In this document: one piece after another, positions 38,464-51,726 of the stretch
How positions within the stretch are numbered: position 1 is the stretch's first letter
Layout of the letters: each line of letters starts with the position of its first letter
Assembly (NCBI RefSeq): GCF_964355755.1
Contig: NC_092673.1
Location: 7,192,001-7,256,000, forward strand
From: Antedon mediterranea
Lineage: Eukaryota > Animalia > Echinodermata
DNA: 64,000 nt
Reading direction: 5' to 3'
Program-made: the position numbers and the translations under genes
Notes under the pieces: model-generated
The model's input: only the letters and a program-made list of their open reading frames with translations
What the model was told of the DNA's origin: nothing
Database searches by the model: none

Positions 38464-38856
38464 ACACCCATTTACACTAAGACGATAAATAGACAGATAT
38501 GTATTTTTCATACGTAAAACAAAATATATGTTCATTCTAGAACTATAGAATAACCATATATGCTTCTTTTGATGAAATTGATTTTTCCACATGTCCAATC
38601 AAATGACGTCATGATTAGTAAGCAGTAATATCGTTGTGGTGAAATAAAAGTTGAATTGAATTGAATTGATATTATTGTTTTTATTTATCATGACGTTGTT
38701 TGATAGGAATTTTAAAAATATTATTTATATCAAAGACAGCATAAATGATTATCTTATAGTTCTAGAACGAAAACCTTTCCAATTTCTTATGTTTTATGTA
38801 ACAAAAATGCATGCTTAATCGTCGATCGTTATCGTCCTAGTGTCCTAAATGGGCCT
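38464..38856. mobile_element. Foldback MITE family D with ~150-bp imperfect inverted arms
   Basis: CCCATTTACACTAAGACGATAA...TTCTAGAACTATA...TGACGTCATGAT is mirrored by ATCATGACG...TATAGTTCTAGAA...TTATCGTCCTAGTG..TAAATGGGCCT|TTA. Confidence 0.75.
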
Positions 38857-39582
38857 TTAGTCTTCATACTCTAATGCAATGGCAATTATGTTATTAATAA
38901 TTTGTAAATCGTTTTAGTCTATCAATGATGTTTCATTTTAGAGTTGTTGAAATTAATTAATTGAAACTAATTTGTTATATTGGTAAAATATTATATAAAT
39001 ATCATTTATTATTTGTTTATACTTATTATTCTTATCTTGGATACCATTCATTTTTCTCAATACTTTTTCTCTGTTGTAACAATTCCTATTCCTTAAATAT
39101 TATTGTATTACTAAATAATATGCATGGACTTAATTAGTACCGCATAATTTAAATAATACAATAGAATAGTGGAAAATATTGCGTAAGCAACATAAACGAA
39201 ACAGGAGGCCAGTATAGAAACGATTTAGAACATATTATTATATTCATATGGAATGTTTAAAAATGACTCTAAAATATGAATAAATTAATAATAATTATTA
39301 TTTCTCTGTTGTCGTGTAAACTACCACATTTACCGATTCATCATATAATATCCCAATACATATTAATTAATTTAATTTTTTTTTTTCGATACTTCCATAT
39401 TATCCACTTTTTTTTATTAGTTTCTTTAATTATTTTCTTTAATTATTTCTTCACCAAATTTGTTTATTAAGATTCCTAATCAAAATAGATGTATTCACAA
39501 AAGAATAATTCTCAGGCTTATTACACGTCAATTTATTTTACTAATTAAATTTCCAATTTAATTCATCCATCATTATAATTTC

Positions 39583-40360
39583 CATGAGAAAAAATATACA
39601 TGATAACTTTAAGGGCGTGCAAAACGACCGCACGGAGTCTGTCATTCGTTTGTTTTTCACACGCTACAACGCCTAGGGTTAAATGGAACATCACTCACAG
39701 ACCATGCCTTGCTGCTACAGGGGGTCAAAAACTAGACCGTGATTTTTTCCCACGCCATGCATGGACAGGCTTCATTGAGAAGCATACAGCAATAGAGTCT
39801 TTGCAACAGACTGCCTGAATCGAGTGTGGAGCATCGATTACCAACCGACCTGTTTCAACGTTTAGCTCGGATGTCGCGAATCATTCCATCCCATCCCGCC
39901 ACCAGGATTTTATATTTCAATAATAATATAAAACGTCAACATAATGTTAAGCATTGTGTTAATAGTTTGTGTGTTTTAAAATGTGCTTTCTAAAACGGTT
40001 AATTTGTAATCGATTTAATAGTACTGTAGATTTCTACCCGGGGGAGATACTGATTGTTGGAGGTACTTTACAGCGATGTGTGACCTTTTTGTATACTTTA
40101 CAACAACGATTTGCATGTGAAAGAGCAGTACTCCCAAAGCGCAGCCAGCCGTTTCGTTAGATTCTCACCACATGCTTAGGTTTTCTTGTGTTATGCAGAT
40201 GAGTTAGGGAAGTCAAAATAAACCCAATTCCTTCACAGCCACTGAGCAACACAAAAGGTTGTAGCATTCAATCAAAGACAGTAACGGGAGTGAGTGGGAC
40301 TGGGTGGCTCTGCTGCTGTGTACACAGAGATGGCCTGTGACTTAATATATATTAGGCGGC
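39583..40360 (+). promoter_or_regulatory. NRARP proximal regulatory region
   Basis: CSL motifs CATGAGAA (39583), TTCCCACG (39747-54) and TTCTCAC (40162), a TCF-like ATCAAAG (40271), and a TATA-like AATATATATT (~40344). Confidence 0.6.
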
Positions 40361-40473
40361 TATGAAAGTTTTAAAGATGATTCTTAATTTGAACAGAATA
40401 ATTTCTTTATAAGGATATATGTGAACTAATTTGGCACTGGAGGAGTTCCCAGAATTTGGAGTTCCTGTTTTCG

Positions 40474-40830
40474 ATGATGTCAACAGCTCAATTTGATTCT
40501 TGTCCGACGCAACACATATTCGAAGAAGCCGTTCGTAATGGAGATACTATGACTGTAGTGAAGTTATTACAAAGTTCTATAAACGGACATGTAAATGTTA
40601 ATACGTTCGACAACGAAGGACAAACAGCCTTGCATCAATGTGTTTTAGACGGGAACTTTGAAGCCGTGAAACTGCTGGTACAATTTGGAGCAGATGTGAG
40701 GCTGGCGAACAGGGATGGGTGGAACGCTTTACACATAGCGGCGTGGGGCGGACACCAGGACATTGCATTGTTTTTGATAACAAACGGAAAAATGCAAAAG
40801 GTTAAAAAGAAACCTAAAGACGGAACTTGA
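40474..40830 (+). CDS. NRARP: Notch-regulated ankyrin repeat-containing protein (118 aa, single exon)
   Basis: TQHIFEEAVRNG...NVNTFDNEGQTALHQCVLDGNFEAVKLLVQFGADVRLANRDGWNALHIAAWGGHQDIALFLIT closely follows vertebrate NRARP. The first ATG is at 40474 (the ORF track starts at a TTG). AATAAA at 41788. Confidence 0.96.
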   Translation: MMSTAQFDSCPTQHIFEEAVRNGDTMTVVKLLQSSINGHVNVNTFDNEGQTALHQCVLDGNFEAVKLLVQFGADVRLANRDGWNALHIAAWGGHQDIALFLITNGKMQKVKKKPKDGT

Positions 40831-42761
40831 GGAATTATAAGTGTAAGATATAGCTACGCAATATTCCAAACAGATGAAATAATTTATATTCTTCGAGGAT
40901 TATACGAAAATGGTGCTTTTAGTTCCTATTAAATGAAACTTTACCAATTACAAGCATTCTTGCGATCGCCAAAGACACGAAAAAGGAAGTAAATTTAATT
41001 ATTTTGAATGAAGATGAACGTATAGATAGATATTTTATGTTTTAATTATGGAGAGTGATATAGCACGCTGATTTTGAAAGAGAAAAACTTTTTTTATGGA
41101 TATTAGACAATGGAGACGGGTAATGGAGAAGATTTAAAATCACCGTTTTAGAAAAGAATTCTGACCACTGCATTATGATTATTTTAACCTTTTGTCATTA
41201 ACATTGAGGAGACCATGTGTGTTAATGGAGGGGTTTTAACGCACAAAGGAATAGCCTTGTTGGAAGGCGTTTTTACTGGAATCCGATTAGTCAACAATTA
41301 TTTTACTTTCACATGCAGTAAATCGTCAACTTTTAACTATTTCACCATGAACATTTATGAGATAAAAGCCGTAATCAAACGTATTATTATATCATTACTG
41401 TACAAGTCACCAATAGATAATATTAATTATTTTCTTACCTATTTTCAAATGTAAGTAATAATCGATTACAAAACAAATAGAAATATTTTATACTGTACTT
41501 ATTATTTAAAATAGAGGTATATTGGACACTGCCATTAATAGATTTTAAAATTAAACCTTCATATTCGTTCTAAATTAATTAATTAGTGTTTTACTATCGT
41601 GATTGGCAAGACTGATGTACCATCTAGATATTAAAATATTTATCAATTTGTTAGTATATTTATATATTATTGTTTTTTTATAGTATATAATATATCCCGG
41701 AGAACTAGACTTTTATCTTGTTTTCTCCTTATAATTGAGTATAAACTGAGTGGCATTGTAAACAAACTTGATGAATTCAACAATCTTAATAAATTATTTA
41801 AAAAATCAGTATGTATGATCTATAATATATTGCTTTTTTATACGGATTTCTATTCAAAACTCAACTCTATTAAATGGAAAAGATATACAGTATACCGCCT
41901 TTTCATTATTTTGTACTTGCAAATTGTCTGATTTTATCGTATTTTGGGTTCCTATTGGAACATGGAAGAAACATTTCCTCCGTAATTTGAACAACTCTAC
42001 TGGTAGTGAATGCAAATAAATTAATTAAGTAGGTATAGTTATCTTGCTGTCGTTTCCAAATGGTGTGTAGGCCTAATTAATGTCAAAATCCAATCATTTA
42101 AAGATAGTAGTGTATTTCATTCTTATTGCCTAACTTACCGGTATACGATATAACTTTCGTTGTTGTATTTAGCTCTCTTACGTAACAAGTTGATGGTAGG
42201 TAATTTTTCCTTTCATTTTTCATGTGTAAATTATACCGGTACCCGCGGCTAATATTCGAAGAAGATTTTATACACAGGCTACATAATAATGGGTTAAAGC
42301 AAGTTATTACGAAAGACAGGAAAAAGTTGATACGTTTGATAACAGCCTTACAGAAAACTAGCTTTGAGTCAGAGTAATAATATTTATTTCTCAGACAGAT
42401 GACTATTTGCTTCAATACTTTTAACTTTAAAACAATTTGGATAATATATGTATCCATGCACATTTTTGTTGTCAATGTACTATAGTATAAAGTACAAAAT
42501 TACGACCGAGTAGAACAAACATCTTATCATCTTATATTACTTTCACGTTTGTTTTTACCGTGAAACCTAATTCAAAATAATATGTGTGATTTAAAATTGT
42601 TAGTGTAATCATGGAAATATACTTTATCTAAATATAATGTATAGGTCCATGGTGTAAAAATGCATGATGAACATGAAACCTATTATAAGGCACAATGCAA
42701 AACAGGTTTTCTTGTGCCTGATTGTGGAAACCTGTATAAAAATGTTAAATAAAAATAAATA

Positions 42762-42924
42762 AAATATCTACATTATCAAACTTTATGTGACAAAAAATCC
42801 GATGTGCCCATACATGGGCATGTGATGTAATATCACTACCATATTTAAACATATCACTATACCATATTTGGACATATTACACTTCTTGTTGTCAAACTAG
42901 TTTGATAGCTGTGTAGACAGACCT
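42762..42924. mobile_element. Harbinger-like MITE family C, diverged copy
   Basis: TCTACATTATCAAACTTTATGTGACAAAA ... GTCAAACTAGTTTGATAG..GTGTAGACAGACCT|TTA; related to the copies at 59487 and 60336. Confidence 0.75.
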
Positions 42925-43399
42925 TTATTTCCCAATACTATAACAATTTCCAGTAAATTTAAACACAGATTATAATATATATATTTCAATTGTTATCCAA
43001 TTGATATGACTATTTACTTAATAATATTTATAGGCCTATAAATATTGAATTTCATAGATTACGTGCATCATCAAGTTATTGTTTTAAATATCAATACTAA
43101 TTAGTTTAGCTATCTTGGCTTTAGGATGACGTATTTACCGAAGTTCGAAACCGGTACCTGGCCTACTCCAGAAATCAAATGTTTAATAATTAAATAGTCA
43201 GTACTGTGCTTTGAAGGCATTTGGAACATTTTGTTTAAAAAGGCATACTGCTCATCTTATCACTATTAGGTATAATCAATATTTACTACCTTATAGTTGT
43301 CGAGAATGTTAATCTAGTAGTACCATGCTATAAAATCTTGAATGAAAAACTAAACTTATAACATGAATTGAAAATAAATATAAAATAGAAGAAACTACA

Positions 43400-43560
43400 T
43401 ATAAACTTGTTATTAATTGAAGACACTTGCTATACATTTTCCGGTTATTGATTCCATTCAATGGGCCTAACTCTTCTCTAAATATGTCTTTATTAGTTCT
43501 GGGTTTAGGGAGATATAAATTCATTTTACTTATCCACCAACTAAATGACAATTGTCGGTA
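43400..43560 (-). mobile_element. Degenerate LINE ORF2 C-terminal remnant
   Basis: NLYLPKPRTN followed, after a frameshift, by GPIEWN on the minus strand. Confidence 0.45.
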
Positions 43561-43992
43561 AAATATTTGTGAATAGGACATAACCAATTAAAGCAAGGAT
43601 AATAAGTGTGTGTTTATATTAGGATTGATCTAAACTTTCCTATTCATGGTTTCCCTGAGCTTAGCAATGTGCATTACTTACGGTGCGGGATTCTGTAAAT
43701 AAGAAACTAAAACGAAATAGGACTCATGTCAAACAACTTTTTCTGGGTCTTTTTGTAGGCCTACGTCAGTCTACTTGTTGCACATCTCATTGAGACTTTG
43801 CCTTACCTCTGATATTCATAAAAGAAATATAATAAAGTTCAGTTCAATCCGTCAGTAGTCTAAAAAGTTAGGAGAGAATGTAATTTGAGTATTAGCTCTA
43901 TAATACAGTGGAAGGGGTTTGGTTGATGGGGGTTGTGGCCCGATTACCTTTTCCATAAAAGGGGGAACATCGCCATGAGCCCATTTATCATC

Positions 43993-44211
43993 ACTCATGT
44001 TATTGGTCGCCACAGTGGAAAGGTCAGAAAAAAAGGACTCATGTTATTGGTCGCCACAGTGGAAAGGTCAGAAAAAAAAGGACTCATGTTATTGGTCGCC
44101 ACAGTGGAAAGGTCAGAAAAAAAGGACTCATGTTATTGGTCGCCACAGTGGAAAGGTCAGAAAAAAAGGACTCATGTTATTGGTCGCCACAGTGGAAAGG
44201 TCAGAAAAAAA
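43993..44211. repeat. Tandem array, 5 x 44-45 bp, identical except for A-tract length
   Basis: ACTCATGTTATTGGTCGCCACAGTGGAAAGGTCAG(A)7-8GG starting at 43993, 44037, 44082, 44126 and 44170. Confidence 0.97.
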
Positions 44212-45029
44212 GTGAGTCAGTTTGATTCAAACATCCTTACTAGGGCCGTAGTTTGGAACAAATTAGAACGATTGTGTTTTAGTAAACTGTATATCAGTAG
44301 TTATCATTGAATTCAAACAAAAACTAATATTGTTCGTCGGATTACAACATATGAATAGTGTATGAATATAATTCTATTTTAATTATGTTGTCAAGAGAGT
44401 CGATTCGTTTCAGTTGATTAACTCGATATTACTTTTCCTTTGAATGAATTCACGAGATCTATATTAACAAAAGACAAGATTTAAAAGTTGAATCACAATA
44501 GTGCCTAATTGCTCTAAGATCTTCAAACAAGGCGATACAAATAAAAGCGTACCATGCTTAACCAAATTCTGTAACTCATTATAAAAAGTACTGATGAACT
44601 TTTTCGGAGCAAATTATTTATTCTTTCTTACTTATGATTATTTATACTTATTATTATTTTATTATAGAATAAACATAATCTCAAATATGTATAAGTATGC
44701 TTCATTTGATACATAACGGTCATTATTATGAAGTTAGTTAAACCAACCATAAAACAAATACAAATATAATAGCATAATTTTTAACTTATATATCCGGACC
44801 TACGCAATGTTAAGAAACTGGACAATTATAGACAAACAATAACACATTAATGAATTAATTATCTAATCAATCCGGAATTACGATAGCAGGTGCTGACTAG
44901 GGTTCAATTAGAGACGAAGGCATATTCCACAACTTTGATTCGAGTTTTATGGCATGGATGATTTATTCATGGTTGGTCCTTTTCATTTTATTTCCAAATC
45001 TTTTTCCAAAGAATTTGTTTTGGTTTGTA

Positions 45030-45086
45030 TGTGCAGCGCTTAGAGGCTTCACGGTATTAGGCACCATAAATCCAGGATATTATTGT
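45030..45086 (+). mobile_element. L2/SINE-type 3' end fragment
   Basis: CAGCGCTTAGAGGCTTCAC..TATTAGGCACCATAAATCCAGGATATTATT; same family as the inverted copy at 62625-62690. Confidence 0.55.
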
Positions 45087-46559
45087 TAGACCTAAAGGCC
45101 TATGAGTAATTGATTACACGTAATGCCATTTTTTTTTAAAGTGGTAAATTTATTATTGTGGTCTGGTCTTTGAAAGGATATTTCGGGTACCGTAGGCCTA
45201 TATTATTGCCGAAGATTATAAATATAGGCCTAATGTTTGTAACATTTCAAGTTGTGTGTTAAACATGCATTATTTAAAATAATAATAATCAATTTCAACA
45301 TTATATAAATAAAATAAATAGAATAAAAGGTTCTTAATAAAAATGTGTTAAAGTTGTTAATAAAAAGTTGAACAAAGTAGACTTTTCAGAGATGATCAAA
45401 TGTCAGTAAATACACACGTTTTTTGCACCTTTAAGGTACTACTGTACCTTACTTCACCTTTTATGTCCCACTTTTAATTCTCAATAATTTAACGCCTTCA
45501 ATATAAACAATTTATGCTCATTTATTACAGGTATGTGTTAGAAACTTATACATACATCTATTTTACGACTGCTATAAAATTACAATAACTAACTATTATC
45601 GATAGGTGTTGATTTCATAGTAAAAATACTTGATAGTTCAACAAAAGTTTGTGGAAGCTTGCAACAATGTATTCGAAGTTAAATGATTGATTTTGAATAA
45701 AAGTCGGATCTTTCCCGAAGGCTAGGCCCTAGGCTTAATAGTTATCACTATAGCTTACGTGTTATGCCGTACCTCATTGGGGAAACATTATTATCTTCAA
45801 CCCGCCCTTTTTATTTTCCTCAAGGTTGTCGATTTTAATCGTCGTGTGATTTTTCTAGTGTACTTTCTTTTGAAAGTGTAAGGGTCATGAAACGAACCAG
45901 AATTGACACCATTATATGTCGACAATACCTTTCTGTCTCAGCCAGATAGAATTAAGACGTAATTTAATGTTTGTTTAAGGTCTGTCATCCTCCTATTTAA
46001 TACTTCTCCATGATTTAGGCGCGCTTAGAATAGTTTAAAAGCAAGGAGAGGCATGAAAGTTTAATTAAAGAATAAAAATGTGCTTCAATCGTCTCAATTT
46101 CTTTTCTCAAACAAATGAAATCATTAAGTAAAGTACAGGTACTGTATGACAACGAAATTAAGTTGTATTTGTTCATTAGACGAATGGTAAAGTGTGTCTG
46201 CTCAAAGTTTATAATTTGTTTGAATTTCCACCTCCGTCTCTGTTTACCTTTCTGATTATTTTATTTTATTTTTTTCTAATCCAAACAGACGTTAGTAATT
46301 TAGTAGGGCAGTGCATATTAGACAAAAGTCACCCCACCTCATTAAAATGGTGATAATAAAGGTTTTTGGCGTTATTCGTTTGTCCACAGCGACAAGGGCT
46401 GAGATGGCCCATTACACTAGAGTAGCCCCTACTATTTCTATTTTTTTCTGGGTGCTGACGAGCTAAATGTGTATGGTCAAGGATAGTCTTGAACCTGTGC
46501 CGATTTTATAGCTAATTGTTTGCAATGGCGCTGACTCAACCACTTAATTATTATTTTAA

Positions 46560-46740
46560 TTATTATGATAAAGCACAACCAGATTATGATAAAACAGAAC
46601 CTACTGAAGTTATATTGGTGACATGAGACCAACAGAAGAGAGTTCAGTTTATAAAATTTCGTCCTCAACTCAGGAATGCATGCCTCCCTGTTCGAACTGA
46701 AATTATAAGTCTCACTTTTCGAGTAATTTGTCAACTACAT
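46560..46740 (-). mobile_element. Degenerate LINE ORF2 C-terminal remnant
   Basis: YNFSSNREACIPELRTKFYKLNS...YN resembles the YNLR...IP..RT..Y..S motif. Confidence 0.45.
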
Positions 46741-49700
46741 TGTTCCGTTCAAAATTCCCTGTGTTTTCTTTGTTTGTAAACTCAAATTATAACAAAGCAA
46801 ATTTAACGATTTAATCTCTATTGTTGAGTGTTTAGTCGGGGAGAATAAAACGAGAAGAAACCACGTCCCGGTATATTATGGACACAGAACCTTAGTCGAG
46901 CGTAATGACCCCCGCCCGAGGCTAATAAAATTGAAAAATATTACGCACAACCACCTTACGGCTAATATTTTAAAGTGATGTTGTTTATCACTAATAAAAT
47001 GAGCCCAAATATAGACATTATGTGTATTTATTAACGCATAAGACCTAAATTAAAAATTTAAAATTACAGTACAACAATGTAAAGAGACTCCAAAATATAG
47101 GCAGTTGGATTTATTTATCATGATGCATAAAGCCTAATTATTTTAACGTAAAAGTTAGTAGGCACATTATAAATGTGAAGAAACCCCTATAAGTTTATTG
47201 GAACATTTTCAACTTTAGCACAGAAGTCATATTTGTATTACTAACCACAACATTATACTATACAATATTTATACAACATTTATCGACGTTGAGGACATGA
47301 GAAGTAGAAGCACTTTAAACATAATATTTTATGGAGGCGTGTGAAAAAGAGCTACGCAAGTCCAGAAAACACAAACACAAAAGTGAGAAAATGCTGTATG
47401 ATAAAGTGTATTGTATAACGGTAGCTTAAGCCTATTATATTATACAGTATTTGTTTTTTGCCTTGATACACAGTCGGAATATGTGAATTGCTGGCCTTCA
47501 ATTGCATTTATTCATGTCACGAATAGGTTTGGTAACTTTATAATCAAGCTAGGCCTATTTATTAAATATCTATAAATGGTTATATGCATCAATAAATGTA
47601 TCTATCGTTCGCACAATTATTTCAAATTTTATCATTCAATTCCTCATGCGTTATCGCCTTTGACTCTTTATCGATACATGCAACTGTCAGCGACTCCAGT
47701 CATTGGCGGATACTTCGCTTGGTACCGGTATCATAAATGCAAAATAGCCTATAATTATGATTTGAATTTCTGTGCTGTTAGACCGTGTAAAGAATATTGA
47801 TCAGATTGATGTGATAATGATGCACAGAAAGCGTTGAATGTTTTGTTTCTGTTCTGGATGCTTACAAAGCAGGTGTGGCCATTTTCAGCTTGCTAACACA
47901 ATCATTATTAATCAATCGCAATTGTATTTATGAATCGCTCAGTTACGAAGAATAACAATTATTGAAAGATACACTAATGTGTCCAGTCATTAATTAAAAT
48001 CACAGTGTACGTTTAATATGCACTTTAGCATATTGACTATGTTGTTAACAAAGATGTTTAGCAAAGGGTAATAGTAATGATGATCATCAGAGTCGGATTT
48101 CGTATCTAGGTGTATTTAGAGTCTATCAGTATCTATTTCTGTATAAAATCATACACTCCGAATGATCTTAAGCCTCCTTGTACACAGAAAACATTGGTGA
48201 CCAAATGATCATTTTAGTACAATTTTGTGAAATGAAAAGGTGCACCTTGGCCACAATCCTAAAAACTCTCACAAGTGGTCATATAATCCCTACAACGACT
48301 TCCGTTGATTTGTTTGATAAGTTTGCGCAAAAAAAAAGAGAAATGATGGTTGGAATTATTGAAGTAAGTCTACAATAAAGAAAAACATATTGAAAATAAT
48401 AAATACAAGTTTTTTTTTAGTCAAAGTCAAAGTCAAATTAGTCATTATTGTCAAATATAAAACCTTAGATTATTTTGTTAATAATCGGTAATGATTTTCT
48501 AGCTATGGAGCCTATAGTTTGACTACTTGTACGTAAAGGTCTTAAACTATTTTATGTTATACATAATTTGTGATGATAGGCCTACTATATACTATGGCAC
48601 TTTAAACATTAAACATTAATTCAGTATTGAACTATGAAGGCGTTTTGTCAGTATAAATCAGATTTGAATTGGTTTTTCAAAGTTTGAATCACCCTTCCAA
48701 TTCTCACACGTTCATTAGATTAACTGAATACGTCCCCCTGTATAGGCCTACGTTTGCTATAGCATATTGACATATCATACGGTTGAATCGGAAAGTGGTT
48801 ACTGACCCTCTGTTGCGATAATCTTTTGTGTCGTTTCACACACATTTAAGATGGTATTCACCCGCGGTTTCAATAGCCGCATTCCATGCCTTTTATGCTG
48901 TTCTTAAACTAAAATCTGTCATCGAAATCTCCTTTTCTGAATCCATTCATTATGAATGGGAATCGCCATTCACAAGGACTGCAAGTTTGAATATGAAGTA
49001 GACATATTATATAACTGCATGCAATTATTCTTTCTTTTAAAAAATAGTGGGGTATAGAATGAAATACTTTGCGAGCGAAAGGAGCAATATTAGGCTGGGG
49101 GCTAGAGGGCCGGCCGCCAATGGCCACCGGTCGAGCACATAACATCCGCCCGGAAGAAAACAATTATTTTGGGTTACGCATTTTTTAGGCACTGGTCCTG
49201 ATTTGCCACTGGTTATATTCACACAAAATCTATAGTCTTCTTTCTATTTTATTTCAACAATTTAATGATTTTGCTGTTGAAAAGTCAAAAACTGTTGGTG
49301 AGGGACATGCCCCTCCCCCTTCCCCCACCCACCAGGGTAGGCCTATCATCAATCACGGGAAATGCATTGGGCCTAGCCTATATAAGTAATTTTGATTTTT
49401 TTTTTTCAAAAATAAGAAAAAAAATTAACTTGAGATAGCAATTATGAATTATTCTACACATCGATCGGCGTCACGCCTCATAGATTACATATTGAAAGAT
49501 TGGCCTATAGGCTTACAAACAGCAATAAACTCCCCCTGAAAACAACGATTATGAAATACTTGTTTGAAGATTAATCATACGCCATTTCAAAGCTAATCAC
49601 TTCCGTAGAAAAGATAATATAAAAACAATTGTGTTTTTTTTACTTATAAAAAAAAACAAAATAAACGCTTCTTTCAACCAAAAACCCAATGACTTTCCAG

Positions 49701-50139
49701 TCAATTCGACAATGTTTGCGTTTACATAATAGTTACAATTTTACCAAAAAAATTAATAGAAAAAAAATATCCTGAAAAAACTGAAACTCAAAAAAAAAAA
49801 TAGTCAAATGTTCTGCTTGTCAGACAATGGTTTTTTGTTTAATATCTAACCGTTTCTTTTGTTTTTTTAGAAGTGAATTCATTTTTTTTTTGTTCCTTAT
49901 TTTTTCCTCGTAAGTGAAATGCCTATTCACAAAGTATGATTTTATTAATCTTCATATCATCTTCAATGTATTATTATTTAAATACGGTTTACGGTTAAAA
50001 CACATTTTTAGATATACCTCAAGCAGGGAGTTGTTATTCATCTGCTTCAAGTAACCTAAATATAATAATACTTTTGATTGAACTACATTTTAACAGTTTC
50101 TGGCAACTATTATTTTCAACGACGATTGCTAAACGATAT

Positions 50140-50269
50140 GCGCCCTCTGCCCTCTGACTTTCTGTACATTTGTGCGACGCCATGTTGATTTAGTTCGAAT
50201 TGCGCTAGGCCTAGAAAACATTTCGTCAGTTTATCATTGTATTATTTGTTATTTTGAACTTTATACAAG
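50140..50269 (+). other. PRPF38B: Candidate PRPF38B promoter and non-coding first exon (5' end approximate)
   Basis: YY1-like CGCCATGTT (50178-86) and an AAG|GTATAT donor at 50270. The coding ATG at 51727 directly follows an acceptor, so an upstream exon is expected. Confidence 0.5.
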
Positions 50270-51340
50270 GTATATATGTATTTTCTAAATATATAATATA
50301 TATACATTCTAGGTTGTTTAATATTTGTTTCATTATTTTATATTTATCACCAGGAATTTGTAGGGAATAATGTCATAATCACATCAGTCAGTCTGGCTGG
50401 CTGGCCTACTAAAAAGCTAGCTAGCTAGGGCCTATTCTAGGCCGCCTACTAGCCTAGGCTACACATTAGTAATATAATACTAGGCCTAGGGTAGCTAGCG
50501 CTAGCCTAAGCCTGGTAGTATGCCGCCCTAGGAACGCTAGACTTCACCTGCCTATAAAGTAGGCCTGATTGTGTATGAATGATGAGCTAGGCATTAGGCC
50601 TTGATATTTACAGCATCCATTGTTATTGTAATATTTAAATTGTAAGGTAAGGCCTAGTTTAGTTAGGTCAGGATAGATAGCCTAGCCTATAATATTGAGT
50701 TTTCTAGATCTAGAAAACTCGGATATGATATGATGTACAGTACTTTGGATCGTGATCACGTTCCAACCCTCTCTGGGGGAGCCTTCTGAATTTTCTCCCC
50801 AAAATTAACATTTTGGTTTAAATTGTAATAAAAACATTTTTCAAACACACATTTACTGTCAGAATTCTGTTTTTTAGAAGTTTGTTTCTGTATTTAATAC
50901 ATAATTTGTTATCAATTGTGTGTCATTTTAACATAAGTCATAATTAATAATGGAATTTGAGCAATATATTTATAAATTAGGCCTAGTACATAGAATGTGC
51001 GACGCACCTCTTTCTCGTAAACATTGAATACCGATGGCGCTAGGTAGTTTCTGATGAGTTTAAAACAGATCAAATCTGTTAAAAGTTCTAAAAATCACAT
51101 AAAGTAGTAGGCCACCTATAACATACATCCTACCCTTATGTATAAGTGTGTTCGTGGTGCTGCACCAGATAAACTTTGTAATGAAATCGAGATGGTAATA
51201 GACAGACATAGATATACTGTATTAACACGAGAGCTTCTGAGACATTAAATGTTGTTCCCCAGATACCAAACACGAATAAAATGAAAGAACAATCACTGAG
51301 GGTAGCAGGGGCAAACATATGGAATAATGTACTTTTTGGA

Positions 51341-51592
51341 TTTGGATTTTTAATCATAATTTTGTATTTTTAATGTATGGTTCTCAAATTTTAGTATTAT
51401 TTTAGACTGTTTCATTTTAACATTTTTTACTATTTTTAAGAAACTATGTACTGTATTATATAATTTTATGAACATCTTTGTTAACTTGGATTTTTAATCA
51501 TAATTTTGTATTTTTAATGTATGGTTTTCACATTTAGTATTATTTTAGACTTTTTAATTTTAACATTTTTTACTATTTTTAAGAAACGATGT
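51341..51592. repeat. Direct duplication of ~108 bp, period ~146
   Basis: TTGGATTTTTAATCATAATTTTGTATTTTTAATGTATGGTT...TTTTAAGAAAC occurs twice. Confidence 0.88.
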
Positions 51593-51726
51593 ATGTTGTT
51601 AGGTTTTATGCTGGACCTTTTGAAAAACAACAATGTCCCCTTTGTGGGACAACGTTGATATTCTCATCCAGTAGAAATATGTTTATAAATAAAAAATAAA
51701 TAAATAAACATCTTCCTATTTTACAG

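Noticed and set aside
43993-44211. CRISPR-like array
   Set aside because: The units are contiguous with no unique spacers, there are no cas genes, and the context is eukaryotic. It is a plain VNTR, and its ORFs (43933, 43997) are repeat artefacts.
50697-50720. Perfect 24-bp palindrome GAGTTTTCTAGATCTAGAAAACTC as another excision footprint
   Set aside because: It lacks CA..TG ends and a flanking duplication. It is a real palindrome of unsupported origin.
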